A stretch of DNA of 64,000 nucleotides from IMG/VR virus record IMGVR_UViG_3300031992_000018, positions 32,001 through 96,000 of that record. One strand, written 5' to 3'. The stretch comes from a virus. Lineage: Duplodnaviria; Caudoviricetes. The notes beneath the pieces were generated by a model. It searched no databases. It had not been told where the DNA came from and saw only the letters and a list, made by a program, of their open reading frames with translations. The position numbers and the translations under genes are program-made. Of this stretch, positions 1 through 11,735 are shown in pieces; position 1 is the first letter of the stretch; each line of letters opens with the position of its first letter.

Positions 1-1
1 A

Positions 2-679
2 ATATCAATAAAAGATAATAAAATTTCAATGAAAGATTATGATGATATTAAATCATCAATATTAAATTATAAAAATGAATATATCAGTTATGTAAATGAA
101 TATAAAAGTTTAAATGAATACTTAAAATCTGGTAATGTTTTATTAAGAGATAAAAATATTCAGTTATTTAGTATCAATGAAAAATCTGTAACTGAACTTA
201 GTAAACCTAAAAAGGATGAAGAAGTTATTAATATGGAAACTCAATATGTATCTATAGAGTTTAATATAATAACAACATGCGATTTTATAATGAATATACA
301 TTTTGAAGAAGGAACAAATGAATTCCCAAATGTTGATATTGTAGAAGTTAATTATAATACTAAAAAAATATATACAAGAGAAGAAGCATTAAATCCTAAA
401 ACAGTATATCCTTCAACAAATGGAGAACTTATGAAATTTATTGTAAAATTATCAGCAAAGAATTTTAGAAATTCAACAAAAGGACAATCATTAGTAACAT
501 CAATAAACTTTATAATTTCAAATGCTGAAGATCATAATAAACAGAAAAATGAAAAATATTCAATTATAAGATATAATTCATTATATAAAGAAAAAACTAA
601 TGAAGATTCAACTAAAAATGAAAATTCAAATAGTGTATATGTTTTAAAGAGTGATAATATAACATGGTCATTCATTTAA
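2..679 (+). CDS. C-terminal part of a fibre-family virion protein (5'-truncated by window edge)
   Basis: Frame is open from position 2. SIEFNIITTCDF and KYSIIRYNS match SVDFIISTNCPF and LYSIVRFNS of ORF 11736 and TISFSIKTNCKF of ORF 7425. Confidence 0.65.
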   Translation: MSIKDNKISMKDYDDIKSSILNYKNEYISYVNEYKSLNEYLKSGNVLLRDKNIQLFSINEKSVTELSKPKKDEEVINMETQYVSIEFNIITTCDFIMNIHFEEGTNEFPNVDIVEVNYNTKKIYTREEALNPKTVYPSTNGELMKFIVKLSAKNFRNSTKGQSLVTSINFIISNAEDHNKQKNEKYSIIRYNSLYKEKTNEDSTKNENSNSVYVLKSDNITWSFI

Positions 680-703
680 AGATAAATAAATTTAATTAAT
701 AAA

Positions 704-3700
704 ATGGCATTTGTACCTTATCATAATGAGATAGAAAATTCTAGTGAGTTAGAATACTCTAGAAATCCTGAAGAATATATTATCATAGAAGATAATGATA
801 ATATTTTTACAGTAACTTTACATTTAAAAGATGGAAATAATGATATTAAATATAATAATACTGGTATAAATAATATAACATTTAATAATGTTTCTTTATA
901 TTATAATACTAGTAATAATTATAAATATGATGTAGATTCAACATCAACAAGAATAGAATATAGTATTTCAACTGATGGTACTAAATATAAAAGTGCATCA
1001 GGAAGATTATTATGTAGACAAGAATGTGAACATAATATTTCTTTAACAAAAATATATCATTATCAATTTATTGTAAAAAATATTAATGATATAACAACTA
1101 ATAATCTAGTATTTACTAATAATTCTGATACTAATGCAAGATCATTAATACAAAAACAATCAAATAATACAGTAATAAATTATTATACAACAGCAATATC
1201 AATTAGTTTAGAAATTAATAAAGCTGGATATGAAAAATATAATAGTGGTAATATATCAGGTACATTTGGGATAAATAGTAATTCTATAATTAATACAACA
1301 ATAACACCAGTAACTTTAGAAAAAGAAGAAACACAAGTTACTGTTCATGAATATTATTTTAATATTTTATATAATGAAACACAATTATCACAAAATAAAT
1401 ATAATATAACTATTGATGATAAAACACAATCAGATTTAAAATATTATGAATCACAAAATAATAAAATAGAATATACTATACAATTTAATTCTGATATAAT
1501 TAATTATACTTCTATTTCTGGTTCATTAAATGCTACTATTAATAATGAATTAAATTTAGATTTATATAATATTACTGATATTGAATATAAATTTACTATA
1601 GAAGTATATGATAGTAATACAAATAAACTAATAAAAACAATAAATAATGATAATTGTAAAATAAATACTGAAATACCTCTTGGTAATGCTAATATTAATA
1701 ATGAATATTATATAATTAATGATATTGATTTAGGAACATATAAAATTACTAATAATGATATATATAATTTATTAATTAATAATTTATCTACAATAAAAAT
1801 ATATAAAAATTTATCTGAATATACAGTAAATATAGAATATAATCCTATTGATATAAATGAAATAACAGATAAAATAAATGTATATAAAGATAAAACTGAT
1901 ACAGAACCATTAGAATATAAAATTGATTATTATATTACAAATGAAAATAATAATGAAATAGAAGAAACAGTTAAATATAATGAAACTATATATATAAATT
2001 CTAAAGATGAAAATTATTCATCTAAAGAAGTTCGTGTATCTATTATATTAGAAAATGATGATCAATATCCTATAGTTTTAAGAAAGGGTAAAAAGCAGTT
2101 TTCTAATGAAACATATTGTTTCCCTTGGTATATTGATGAAATAAATGTTCATTATCAATTAAGAGATAAATTAACATCTAATATTAAAGAATTCTCTGAA
2201 AAAATTAAAACATTTATTTATGATAATAAAGATTGTAAATCTTCTGAAGAAAAGAGTTTAATAAAAGAAGGACAAAATGAAGCTAATAATGTAGTAGAAG
2301 CATCTAAATTTTATATCAGAAGAAAAGAAACAATTGATAATAAACCATATAATTTTGTAATACCTCTTTATAAGCAGGTATATCCTAATTATATGTTATT
2401 TAGAAATGATGATAATTCATTAATAAATATACATAAATATAAAAATTCTTATATAAATATATTATATAGAACAGATCAAAATGAATATAGTAATTTAAAT
2501 GATAATTATAATATTGATAGTAATACAATTAGTATTAATTCTAATGAAGACATTACATATAATGATGGATATAATACATTAAAATTTAATAGTGATTGTA
2601 TTAGTAATGATATAAATGATAATGGTATATCTGGAAGTATATTAATATGTCCAAATAAGTATGATAATGATCAATCATCAGATGAATATAAACATAAAGA
2701 TGTATTAGGATTAAAATATAATGTAATAGTTAATAATGAAAATATTACTGGATATAATTTCAATACAGAAATAGGATATGTATTATATAATACAGATGGT
2801 AAATATAATTATTCATTTGGTGATAATAAATATACATTTAGTTATAATAGTATAATAACAACACATAATATTTCAGATAATAATATAAATGATATTTATC
2901 CAAATATTAAAATAACAAATTATAATATATCTGTAGAAAAAGATAAAATAACTATATCTGACTATAATTTAGAAGGTGATAACAATTATAAAACATTTAA
3001 TATAAGTTATGAAAATACAGATGATTTTATAGGAATTTCAGGACAATTTGATAAAACAGTATATACATATTTATATCCTGAAATAATATATAATAATTCA
3101 TCATTTACATATTCTAATAATGGTACTATATCATATTCTGTAAAAATTTCAGATGATAATTCTGACTATAATAGCAATGGATTTAATGATGAAAATTTAA
3201 GAAATAATACTAAAGAAATTAAATATATTATAACATCTAAAAAAACAGATTATAACTATAATCCTAATATAAATTATAGTGACAATGATAATCATTATAA
3301 GTTAGAAAATAATAATATAACATATAATGGTAGGATATCATTAGAAAATTTAGATAGTGGAAATTCTAAGATAAGATATAATTTTTATAAATATAATACT
3401 CAATTTAATGAAAATGATCATCCACATATAGGAAATAATTCATTAACTAATCAAACAAATAATGATGATTATATATTTATAAAAACAGAAGATAATAAAT
3501 ATTTTTCATATATTAAAAGATATATATCAGATAATGAACAAATAAAATTTTATAAAGATACAAATAATATTAATAGTCCATATTATATATCTGATAATAT
3601 TGAAACTATATATAATGATAATAATACTGATAGACAGATATCATATTCTATAGAAGATAAATATGGTAGTGAAGATTTTTATTATACTAATAATAATTTT

Positions 3701-6424
3701 ACATTAACTAATAAGAAAGTATCAAATGATTATAATATATTATATTTTATTTATACTTTAGAAAAGGATAATAATATATATATGTCTTCTAAAAAGAACT
3801 TTAATACAAATTTATTTATTAATACTATTAAATATAATAATTCTCCAGGTTATGATACATTATCTAATATATTAAATAGTGATTTTGATGAGGAGTGTAA
3901 ATGTATTAATATAGAAAATAATATCTTAAAAAAATCTACAAAGATTGATAGTATTATAGATCAATATAAATATACAAGTAATCCAATTATAGAAAAAAGA
4001 TATGATTGGGATTCACAATTCAGTTATAGTTTAGTTGATTTTAAGAATTATTTAAATACTATTAATTTAAGTGATACTATAAATACAATATTAGATAGTA
4101 ATTTTAGCAAAGATAATATCAGTGATAATATTATATTATCTAATTATCTTAATATAAATAGTATCGAAAATTATAATAGTAGGTATATTTATACATATGA
4201 ACAAGGACAATATTATAGTGGTTACTTTAGAGATTATATTAGTGATATTAGCTTACATACAAATGAACTTACATATTTAGATAATGCTTATACAGTTTTA
4301 GATAAATTTAATCAAAACATATCTCAATTATGTAGTAATTCAAATGTTCAACTTTCTAAGTTATCATCTGATAATTTATCTATTAAACAATTTGAAGAAA
4401 TAACTATTGATGAAAATATTATTAATGGACAAAACAAATTGGATGAATTATTATGTATAAATAATTATGAAAATAATGTTGTAGACTTATATAATACATA
4501 TTTTGGAGTAAATTATACTATTAATGATTTAAAAATTAATACTAAAATAAATAATAATTATACAAAACAAAATAATACATATAGTGATTATATAGATATA
4601 AAAAATAATATAGATAGTATTAAATCAAATTTATTTAGTTTTTATACATATACTAATCTTAGTAGTATACCAAGACAAGATGATATTGTTTATGAACTAA
4701 ATAATAATTCATATAGTATAGTTAATGATCATAATAGTATTAATGATGAAAATTATAATACATATTATATTAGAAATGAAGTTAATTCATATTTTGATAA
4801 AGAAATAATTAGTAAAGATATTAGTGATTTTATATTATCTACTGATATATATACTTATCAATATAATGGATATTATTATGAAATTAGTAGATCTGTAAAA
4901 GAAAATTATGATAATAATATTAATGAATTATATAGTAATGAATATAGTGAAGAAAATAATTTAGATAATTTAAATAATATATATAATGAATTATATAATG
5001 TCAATGATATTGAAACTACATATACTTATGTAAAAAATTATATATATAATCAATTAAATATTTTAAATACATCATATAGTGATGATAATAGTAATATAAA
5101 TAATTATAATAGTGCAATAAATAATATTAATAATATATTTATATTTAATATAAAAACAAATTATAATAAAATTAATGAATCATTAGATGAATATAAATTT
5201 TATGAAAATATATCAAATAACCAAAAATTTTATAGTATAGATGATGTATTTGTTCAGACAAATAATATAAATAAAATATCTTATTTTAAAACTAATTTTA
5301 ATGATTATTATAAAACAGTAAATGTTTATAGATTATTATTTAGAGCATATTTATATAATGTATATAGCTCATCAGATACTAATAAAACTAATATTCAAAA
5401 AGAAATTTTAAAAAATAATTCTGAGTTATTTTATAATTATTGGTTAAATTATATTTATGTTAATAAAAAGCATTTAACTGATGAATTTTATATAAAAGCC
5501 TCAGGAAATCAAACAATAAATATTAATACAAATGATATTGATAGTTTATTAAATAGACAATATACATTAAAGTGTGATAAAACATCTAAAACAAATATTT
5601 ATTACTTTGATGATGATATGTATAATTCATTAATAAATTCTAATATTTCTATAAAATATAAAATTAATAATGATGAACCTGAATTTTTTAATGGAGTAAT
5701 TAATTATAAAGAGAATAAAACAGGAAAAATTAAATTCTCATTATATAATCGTGACTTATTTATTAAAGATATAGATGTTATAAATAATAATATTAGAACA
5801 TATTTTGATATTAATAATTCTGATAATTCTATTAATTTAACAATAACACAAGGTATAAAATTATTAAAATTAGAATTTAATATTGAAATTAATGAAATAG
5901 ATATATCTGGAACAAATTATAAATTTAAATTATTATATAGTATATTTAATAATGAAACTCAATATCAACCTCAAGAAATTAATATAGCATCACATAAAAT
6001 TATAAAAAATATAAATATTCCAAATAATATACAAAAGTCAGTATATATTATATCATATAGATTAAAGATGTATAATAAATATAATGAAGAAGATTATGTT
6101 TATAGTAAAATATATAATAAGATATTTTATTATAATGAGGATATATATGAATATAAGATAGAGAATGATTCTGATAAAATAAAAAATGATAAGATTGTTG
6201 ATGTTAAATTATTATTGGATTATAATAAAAATAGTAATCATACATATTTTGTTGGATTTGCTGAAAATAATAGTAATACTAATAGTATTAAATTTTCATA
6301 TATAACTAAATATAATGATAGTTATTATGCTCCACAATTAACAGGAAAATTTGAATTAGGTAAATCATATCCTAAGTATAATTTTATTGATAATAATATA
6401 AAAGAAGTTGTAAAATATGAGTAA
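704..6424 (+). CDS. Giant Asn/Tyr/Ile-rich hypothetical protein, probably virion-associated (1906 aa)
   Basis: Long uninterrupted ORF in the structural cluster, no recognisable catalytic motif. Confidence 0.6.
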   Translation: MAFVPYHNEIENSSELEYSRNPEEYIIIEDNDNIFTVTLHLKDGNNDIKYNNTGINNITFNNVSLYYNTSNNYKYDVDSTSTRIEYSISTDGTKYKSASGRLLCRQECEHNISLTKIYHYQFIVKNINDITTNNLVFTNNSDTNARSLIQKQSNNTVINYYTTAISISLEINKAGYEKYNSGNISGTFGINSNSIINTTITPVTLEKEETQVTVHEYYFNILYNETQLSQNKYNITIDDKTQSDLKYYESQNNKIEYTIQFNSDIINYTSISGSLNATINNELNLDLYNITDIEYKFTIEVYDSNTNKLIKTINNDNCKINTEIPLGNANINNEYYIINDIDLGTYKITNNDIYNLLINNLSTIKIYKNLSEYTVNIEYNPIDINEITDKINVYKDKTDTEPLEYKIDYYITNENNNEIEETVKYNETIYINSKDENYSSKEVRVSIILENDDQYPIVLRKGKKQFSNETYCFPWYIDEINVHYQLRDKLTSNIKEFSEKIKTFIYDNKDCKSSEEKSLIKEGQNEANNVVEASKFYIRRKETIDNKPYNFVIPLYKQVYPNYMLFRNDDNSLINIHKYKNSYINILYRTDQNEYSNLNDNYNIDSNTISINSNEDITYNDGYNTLKFNSDCISNDINDNGISGSILICPNKYDNDQSSDEYKHKDVLGLKYNVIVNNENITGYNFNTEIGYVLYNTDGKYNYSFGDNKYTFSYNSIITTHNISDNNINDIYPNIKITNYNISVEKDKITISDYNLEGDNNYKTFNISYENTDDFIGISGQFDKTVYTYLYPEIIYNNSSFTYSNNGTISYSVKISDDNSDYNSNGFNDENLRNNTKEIKYIITSKKTDYNYNPNINYSDNDNHYKLENNNITYNGRISLENLDSGNSKIRYNFYKYNTQFNENDHPHIGNNSLTNQTNNDDYIFIKTEDNKYFSYIKRYISDNEQIKFYKDTNNINSPYYISDNIETIYNDNNTDRQISYSIEDKYGSEDFYYTNNNFTLTNKKVSNDYNILYFIYTLEKDNNIYMSSKKNFNTNLFINTIKYNNSPGYDTLSNILNSDFDEECKCINIENNILKKSTKIDSIIDQYKYTSNPIIEKRYDWDSQFSYSLVDFKNYLNTINLSDTINTILDSNFSKDNISDNIILSNYLNINSIENYNSRYIYTYEQGQYYSGYFRDYISDISLHTNELTYLDNAYTVLDKFNQNISQLCSNSNVQLSKLSSDNLSIKQFEEITIDENIINGQNKLDELLCINNYENNVVDLYNTYFGVNYTINDLKINTKINNNYTKQNNTYSDYIDIKNNIDSIKSNLFSFYTYTNLSSIPRQDDIVYELNNNSYSIVNDHNSINDENYNTYYIRNEVNSYFDKEIISKDISDFILSTDIYTYQYNGYYYEISRSVKENYDNNINELYSNEYSEENNLDNLNNIYNELYNVNDIETTYTYVKNYIYNQLNILNTSYSDDNSNINNYNSAINNINNIFIFNIKTNYNKINESLDEYKFYENISNNQKFYSIDDVFVQTNNINKISYFKTNFNDYYKTVNVYRLLFRAYLYNVYSSSDTNKTNIQKEILKNNSELFYNYWLNYIYVNKKHLTDEFYIKASGNQTININTNDIDSLLNRQYTLKCDKTSKTNIYYFDDDMYNSLINSNISIKYKINNDEPEFFNGVINYKENKTGKIKFSLYNRDLFIKDIDVINNNIRTYFDINNSDNSINLTITQGIKLLKLEFNIEINEIDISGTNYKFKLLYSIFNNETQYQPQEINIASHKIIKNINIPNNIQKSVYIISYRLKMYNKYNEEDYVYSKIYNKIFYYNEDIYEYKIENDSDKIKNDKIVDVKLLLDYNKNSNHTYFVGFAENNSNTNSIKFSYITKYNDSYYAPQLTGKFELGKSYPKYNFIDNNIKEVVKYE

Positions 6425-7379
6425 ATTAGGTAATATATATTTATCATATGGACATCAATTTAATATTGGTGTATCTAATACATATTCATATAATATTCTT
6501 TCTGGTAATAATTTACCAAAAAATATTATAGTTATATCTTCTCCAATAGATGATGAAAATAATGATATTGGTACATATTCATTGATGTGTACTGATTCAT
6601 TAGGAAATCCTGTTAGATTAACATATTCTATAAAGGAAGGTAATGGATTATTTGTAGATAATGATGTATTATATTTAAATATTGATAATGAAACTATAAA
6701 GAATTCAAATGGATTATATATAGATTTATCAACTATATATAGTGATATAGTTTTAAATGAAAATAATATATTACATATTGATAATGATAAATTATCTGTT
6801 ATTTCACAGTCTTCAAGAGGAGTATCTAAAGGAGATAATAATACTATAAAAAATGATGAAGGAATGTTATATGTTGATACTGAAAATTTACAGTATTCTA
6901 ATAATTCAACATCAACATATGGTATTATAACTTCTAGTGATGATAAAATATTAATAAATAATGGAGTATTATCATTAAACCAAGATAATTTAAATAAAGC
7001 TTCTAATGAAGAATATGGAATATGTCATGGTGATGAAACAACAGTTTCAGTTATAAATGGTAAATTACAAGTAAATACAAAAAATTTAATAAAGGCATCA
7101 GAATCAAATTATGGTATAATAGATATAGATGGTAATAAAATTTTATCAAATGATGGTTTATTAAGTATTAATACTGATAATTTAAATATTGGAGATAATA
7201 ATAATATAGGAGTTATTGATATTGATAATTCTACAATAGTATTAAATGATAATAATCAAATAACAATATCTTATTATGATAATATTATTAAAGATATTGA
7301 TGATTTAAGAAATGACTTAAATAGTTATATTATTGGTTTAGATAAAATGAAAGAAGACATTTTATCCAAAATAAGTTAA
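6417..7379 (+). CDS. Fibre-like virion protein, paralog 1
   Basis: Shared N-domain (KLG..SYG.QFNIG.SN; TDS.GNP.RLTY), ~32-aa NL.KAS...YG...D..TI...G.L.V repeats, C-terminal coiled coil. Confidence 0.65.
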   Translation: MSKLGNIYLSYGHQFNIGVSNTYSYNILSGNNLPKNIIVISSPIDDENNDIGTYSLMCTDSLGNPVRLTYSIKEGNGLFVDNDVLYLNIDNETIKNSNGLYIDLSTIYSDIVLNENNILHIDNDKLSVISQSSRGVSKGDNNTIKNDEGMLYVDTENLQYSNNSTSTYGIITSSDDKILINNGVLSLNQDNLNKASNEEYGICHGDETTVSVINGKLQVNTKNLIKASESNYGIIDIDGNKILSNDGLLSINTDNLNIGDNNNIGVIDIDNSTIVLNDNNQITISYYDNIIKDIDDLRNDLNSYIIGLDKMKEDILSKIS

Positions 7380-7424
7380 GAATAAATCATATTTTTATAT
7401 ATAGAAAGATAATTAAAATAATAT

Positions 7425-10400
7425 ATGAAGACACAATTAGGAAATACTACTAAATCTTTTGGTAAAGAATATAATATTTCTGTTTCTAATCTTGGAGGAG
7501 AAGGAGTATTATCAACATATTCATATCTTAGAGAAAATACTATTATAATTGATTCTAAGGTAGATTCTAATTTTGAAGATATTGGAAGTTATAGTATATT
7601 CATGACTGATTCTAATGGTAATCCTGTTAGATTAACATATACTATACAACCAGGTAATGGTCTTTATCCTGATCCAACTGATACAGATATTCTTAGAATG
7701 GTTATTGATGATTCATCTATCATGGCAAATGATGGTGATGAAATTTATGTTAATAAACATAATATCATTGATAATGATACATTAACTGTAGATCCTACAG
7801 ATGATGGTAATTCTAAAAGAGGTAGAATTCATGTAGTAACTCAAAATCTTGAAAAAGCAAGTGATGCAAGATATGGTGTAGTTACATCTGATCAGAATAC
7901 AACATATATTCCATATGAATATTATAAAAATATAAATTCTGACCCAGATGCTGAACCAGAATATCAGAAAATAGAATTAAATAATCCAGGAGATATTCCA
8001 CAAGATTATGATTTATTAGTAGAAAGTGGTAAGATAATGGTTAATACACAGAATCTTGATACTGTTGATGATAGTTCTAATCGTGATGGTATTGTAAAGC
8101 ATAATTCAGAAACATTTAGAACTATTGAGGCAGTAGATGGTAAATTAACTGTTCTTACATATAATCTTGATAAAGCATCATATACAGATTATGGTGTTAT
8201 TAAAACAGATGGTATTACAATTCAAGCTGATGATAGTGGTGTTGTAAGTGTTTTAACTGATGGTCTTGAACATAGTAATAAATCAAAATTTGGTATTTCT
8301 AAAGGTGATGAAGTAACAATTAATTCTTTAGATGGTGTATTAAGTGTAAATACTAGAAATTTAAGTTATGCTACATATACAGCGCCTGGTGTTGTTATTA
8401 TTGATAAATATTCAATGTCAGTAAATGAAGGTAAGATTGAAGTAAATAGATATAATGAAATAGAATCTATACTTGATAGAAATAATCCAGAACATGATTT
8501 ATTCCGTTCAGATATAGAAGATTTAAAAAACCGTGTTTCTAAACTTGAAACAGCTGCTCTTCAAGAAGTAATTGAATTCTTAATACCTGTTGGTGATCCT
8601 GAAACATCTCTTCCTCAACCTATATTTGATAGAGATACATGGACAGTAAATCATTATAGTGATAGAAAGACAATATCATTCAGTATTAAGACTAATTGTA
8701 AATTTAATGTAAATGTAGAATATAAAAATGGTACTAATGATTATTCACAAGTTGAATTAATAAATGTAAGATATGGTGATGAAGATACTATTCCTGCTAA
8801 CCAATTAGCTAATACAATATTTAATGCGACTGGTAATACAGTTAAGACTCTTTACTTTACATTTGTAGTAAGAAATTATGATAAAGACGATAATCTTGCA
8901 AGTATAAATACTCAGGCAATTATTTCTGCTGCTTCAATTAATGACTCTTCTATTAAACAAACACAATTCCATATCTTTAAGTGTTGGAATAATATTGCAT
9001 TTACAGAAGATAAACCAGTAAAACCAGAAATACCTGAACCAATAATTATTCCTGAATCATATTTACTTACACATGTTGGTACAGAAAAAATTTATGCATA
9101 TAATTATGCATATAATTTTAAAGAAGTTGTTTTATCATATAATAAAACAACATCAAATAATTTCTTCTTTACTACAACTATAGATGCTACATATTGTTAT
9201 TGTACATATACAGATGGACAATATGTATGGGGTTATAAAACAGATGTACCAACTTATCAATGTCCAAAAATTGGAGGAAATTCAAGTTATGATATTAATA
9301 TAAAATATCAAAATATTGATGAAGATGGTGGTGTTGTTGGTGGTCAAGTAGATTCTCTTGATTGGTTAAATACATATATTACTGCATCATATAATACTAC
9401 AAGAGCATTTAATGTATTAACAGTATTTTCTAAAAAACCTTTGACAGAAAAATCAAGAGCTGCTTATATAACATGTTATTTGAATACTGTTGATTTAAAT
9501 AATAGTACTGAATCAAATATTAAATTAAATACAAAATTTGGAGAAATAAAGAAATTTAATAATGCTACATTATCACATGTTAATTATACATATACATCAG
9601 AACAAGATCTATCACAAAAAAGTACTAATATTGAAAGTTTTAAGAATACAGTTTTAAATACTTTAAGTCAAAATATAACTGATGATTCATTATTATCATT
9701 AAAACGAACTAATATAAATAATGCTAAGAATAATGTTACTAATTTAAATACAAGTAATACTTCATATTCTTCTGTATTCTCAAAAATTATTGAAAATGAT
9801 ATTACTGAATTTAATAATGTAAAAGCAGAATTAGATAATTATTATACAAATAATTTAAATAGTAAGACACCAGAAACATATCAAAAAGAAAAATATATTG
9901 CATATTATACTTATGTTAAAAAATTAGATAAATATGCATATAAATTAGCTGATGAATATAATAAATTTGTAGATATTTTATCAAACGAAAAGAATAAATT
10001 TGATAATAAATTTATTATAAATAATAATGAAGTATTAATTAAAAATAATCCTAATAATTATAATAGTTATACTTATCTTACTTTATTCTATAGTGAAAAA
10101 ATGGATTTAGTACAACCAATTATTAATGTAACAAGTTCTATTAATGCTAAAGATAATGGTATTAAATTTAGTGTTATAAGAAATGAAAAATCATTACTTA
10201 AAATAAATAATTATCCATTATTAATACAATATAATTATATTAATAAATCTGGTAATTTAGTAAATTCAGATGGTACTAGTTTAAATCCTTCTAATAGATA
10301 TGAAAAATATTTATTAAATATTCCTAAAGAATCTACAACATATACTAATGTATTACTTAATAATGTAATAAATGGTACTAATACAGAAACAACAACTGAA

Positions 10401-11723
10401 ACTATTTATTATAATGTAATTAATATATATGGTGATAAATATGATTTAGCTTCATTTATTGGTATTGGTAGAAGTGATGGCGGAACAGTTTATTATGGTG
10501 GTTGGTGGCCAAATGTAGATGGTGAAGGAGGAACAAATGGTAAACTTATAGAAGATAATATTTATGCTGTATATAAATTAACTGGACAAGAAGCTAGTTT
10601 TGGTTTATTCTCACAGAAATATTCATTCTGGACAATAAATCTTAAAGGTAAATCATCTGGTTATTCACAAGATTTATGTCAAGCAAATGAAATTGAATTT
10701 GTTGGATTAAGTAAAACACCATATAGTAAATCAAGAAATGCTTCATATTATAATAAAGTAACTATTGGTAAAAATGTTTATATGGTTAATAGAACAACTA
10801 ATAATACTACTAGCTTAAAAACTATTTCAAAGAATTATTATGATAATAATAAAACATCATTAAAATATACAACAAATAATAAAACTATTAAAGTTTCTAA
10901 TAATATAACAGGTATAAAGATTAAAAATGCTGTTATACCAAATTGGGATGATGTATTCTATTTACAACCTAAGATTACATATACATCAACTGGTTCTTGG
11001 GAATCTAAAGATGGTGATAAATCATTTAATGATAATAAGAAATGTACATTTGGAAATGCTAAGATTGTATCTATAAATATATCAAGATGGGATGATTTCA
11101 CAATGAATATTTCATTTAATGTTGTTGCTGGAGATACAACTCATCTTCCAAATAATACACAGATTATAGAATATGTTGGATCATCATTTGGTAGAAGTAA
11201 TATAATATTCTTGCAAGGAAGTAAGAGTTATGAATATAGTCAATTCTATAATTCATTAAGTGTAAGTTGTACAAATTGGGTAAATAATACATGTACAGTA
11301 ACATTTAAGTTATCTAATCCATATAGTTTAAATAATACTCCAGGATTAGAGGTTAAAGAATATTTCTATAGTTTAACTTCAGATACATTAAAACCTGTTT
11401 ATGTTGACAGAGAAATACCATTTAGCGGAAAGAATAATAGAAATTATATTAAAGCTTCAGCTCCATTATTAGCAAATATAACAGGTATTAAATTCTGGGT
11501 TGGATTGAATACAACAAGTACATGTGTTGTTGAAAAACAATATATATCTTCATTATCATCAATTGGTACAGAAGTATTAATAAGTGGTAATTACAAGACA
11601 GGATGTGCTAAATCATTATCAATTGTAAATGCTAATACAACACAAAATACTAATATTTCTAATAAAAACTTTGGTAATAAAGAAAAGAATTTATCAAATA
11701 CATTATTACCTGCTGAAAAATAA
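7425..11723 (+). CDS. Long fibre/receptor-binding protein, paralog 2 (1432 aa)
   Basis: Same N-domain and shaft repeats, coiled coil, shared beta domain, KPVKPEIPEP linker, then a long unique C-terminal region. Confidence 0.65.
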   Translation: MKTQLGNTTKSFGKEYNISVSNLGGEGVLSTYSYLRENTIIIDSKVDSNFEDIGSYSIFMTDSNGNPVRLTYTIQPGNGLYPDPTDTDILRMVIDDSSIMANDGDEIYVNKHNIIDNDTLTVDPTDDGNSKRGRIHVVTQNLEKASDARYGVVTSDQNTTYIPYEYYKNINSDPDAEPEYQKIELNNPGDIPQDYDLLVESGKIMVNTQNLDTVDDSSNRDGIVKHNSETFRTIEAVDGKLTVLTYNLDKASYTDYGVIKTDGITIQADDSGVVSVLTDGLEHSNKSKFGISKGDEVTINSLDGVLSVNTRNLSYATYTAPGVVIIDKYSMSVNEGKIEVNRYNEIESILDRNNPEHDLFRSDIEDLKNRVSKLETAALQEVIEFLIPVGDPETSLPQPIFDRDTWTVNHYSDRKTISFSIKTNCKFNVNVEYKNGTNDYSQVELINVRYGDEDTIPANQLANTIFNATGNTVKTLYFTFVVRNYDKDDNLASINTQAIISAASINDSSIKQTQFHIFKCWNNIAFTEDKPVKPEIPEPIIIPESYLLTHVGTEKIYAYNYAYNFKEVVLSYNKTTSNNFFFTTTIDATYCYCTYTDGQYVWGYKTDVPTYQCPKIGGNSSYDINIKYQNIDEDGGVVGGQVDSLDWLNTYITASYNTTRAFNVLTVFSKKPLTEKSRAAYITCYLNTVDLNNSTESNIKLNTKFGEIKKFNNATLSHVNYTYTSEQDLSQKSTNIESFKNTVLNTLSQNITDDSLLSLKRTNINNAKNNVTNLNTSNTSYSSVFSKIIENDITEFNNVKAELDNYYTNNLNSKTPETYQKEKYIAYYTYVKKLDKYAYKLADEYNKFVDILSNEKNKFDNKFIINNNEVLIKNNPNNYNSYTYLTLFYSEKMDLVQPIINVTSSINAKDNGIKFSVIRNEKSLLKINNYPLLIQYNYINKSGNLVNSDGTSLNPSNRYEKYLLNIPKESTTYTNVLLNNVINGTNTETTTETIYYNVINIYGDKYDLASFIGIGRSDGGTVYYGGWWPNVDGEGGTNGKLIEDNIYAVYKLTGQEASFGLFSQKYSFWTINLKGKSSGYSQDLCQANEIEFVGLSKTPYSKSRNASYYNKVTIGKNVYMVNRTTNNTTSLKTISKNYYDNNKTSLKYTTNNKTIKVSNNITGIKIKNAVIPNWDDVFYLQPKITYTSTGSWESKDGDKSFNDNKKCTFGNAKIVSINISRWDDFTMNISFNVVAGDTTHLPNNTQIIEYVGSSFGRSNIIFLQGSKSYEYSQFYNSLSVSCTNWVNNTCTVTFKLSNPYSLNNTPGLEVKEYFYSLTSDTLKPVYVDREIPFSGKNNRNYIKASAPLLANITGIKFWVGLNTTSTCVVEKQYISSLSSIGTEVLISGNYKTGCAKSLSIVNANTTQNTNISNKNFGNKEKNLSNTLLPAEK

Positions 11724-11735
11724 TTTATTTAATAA

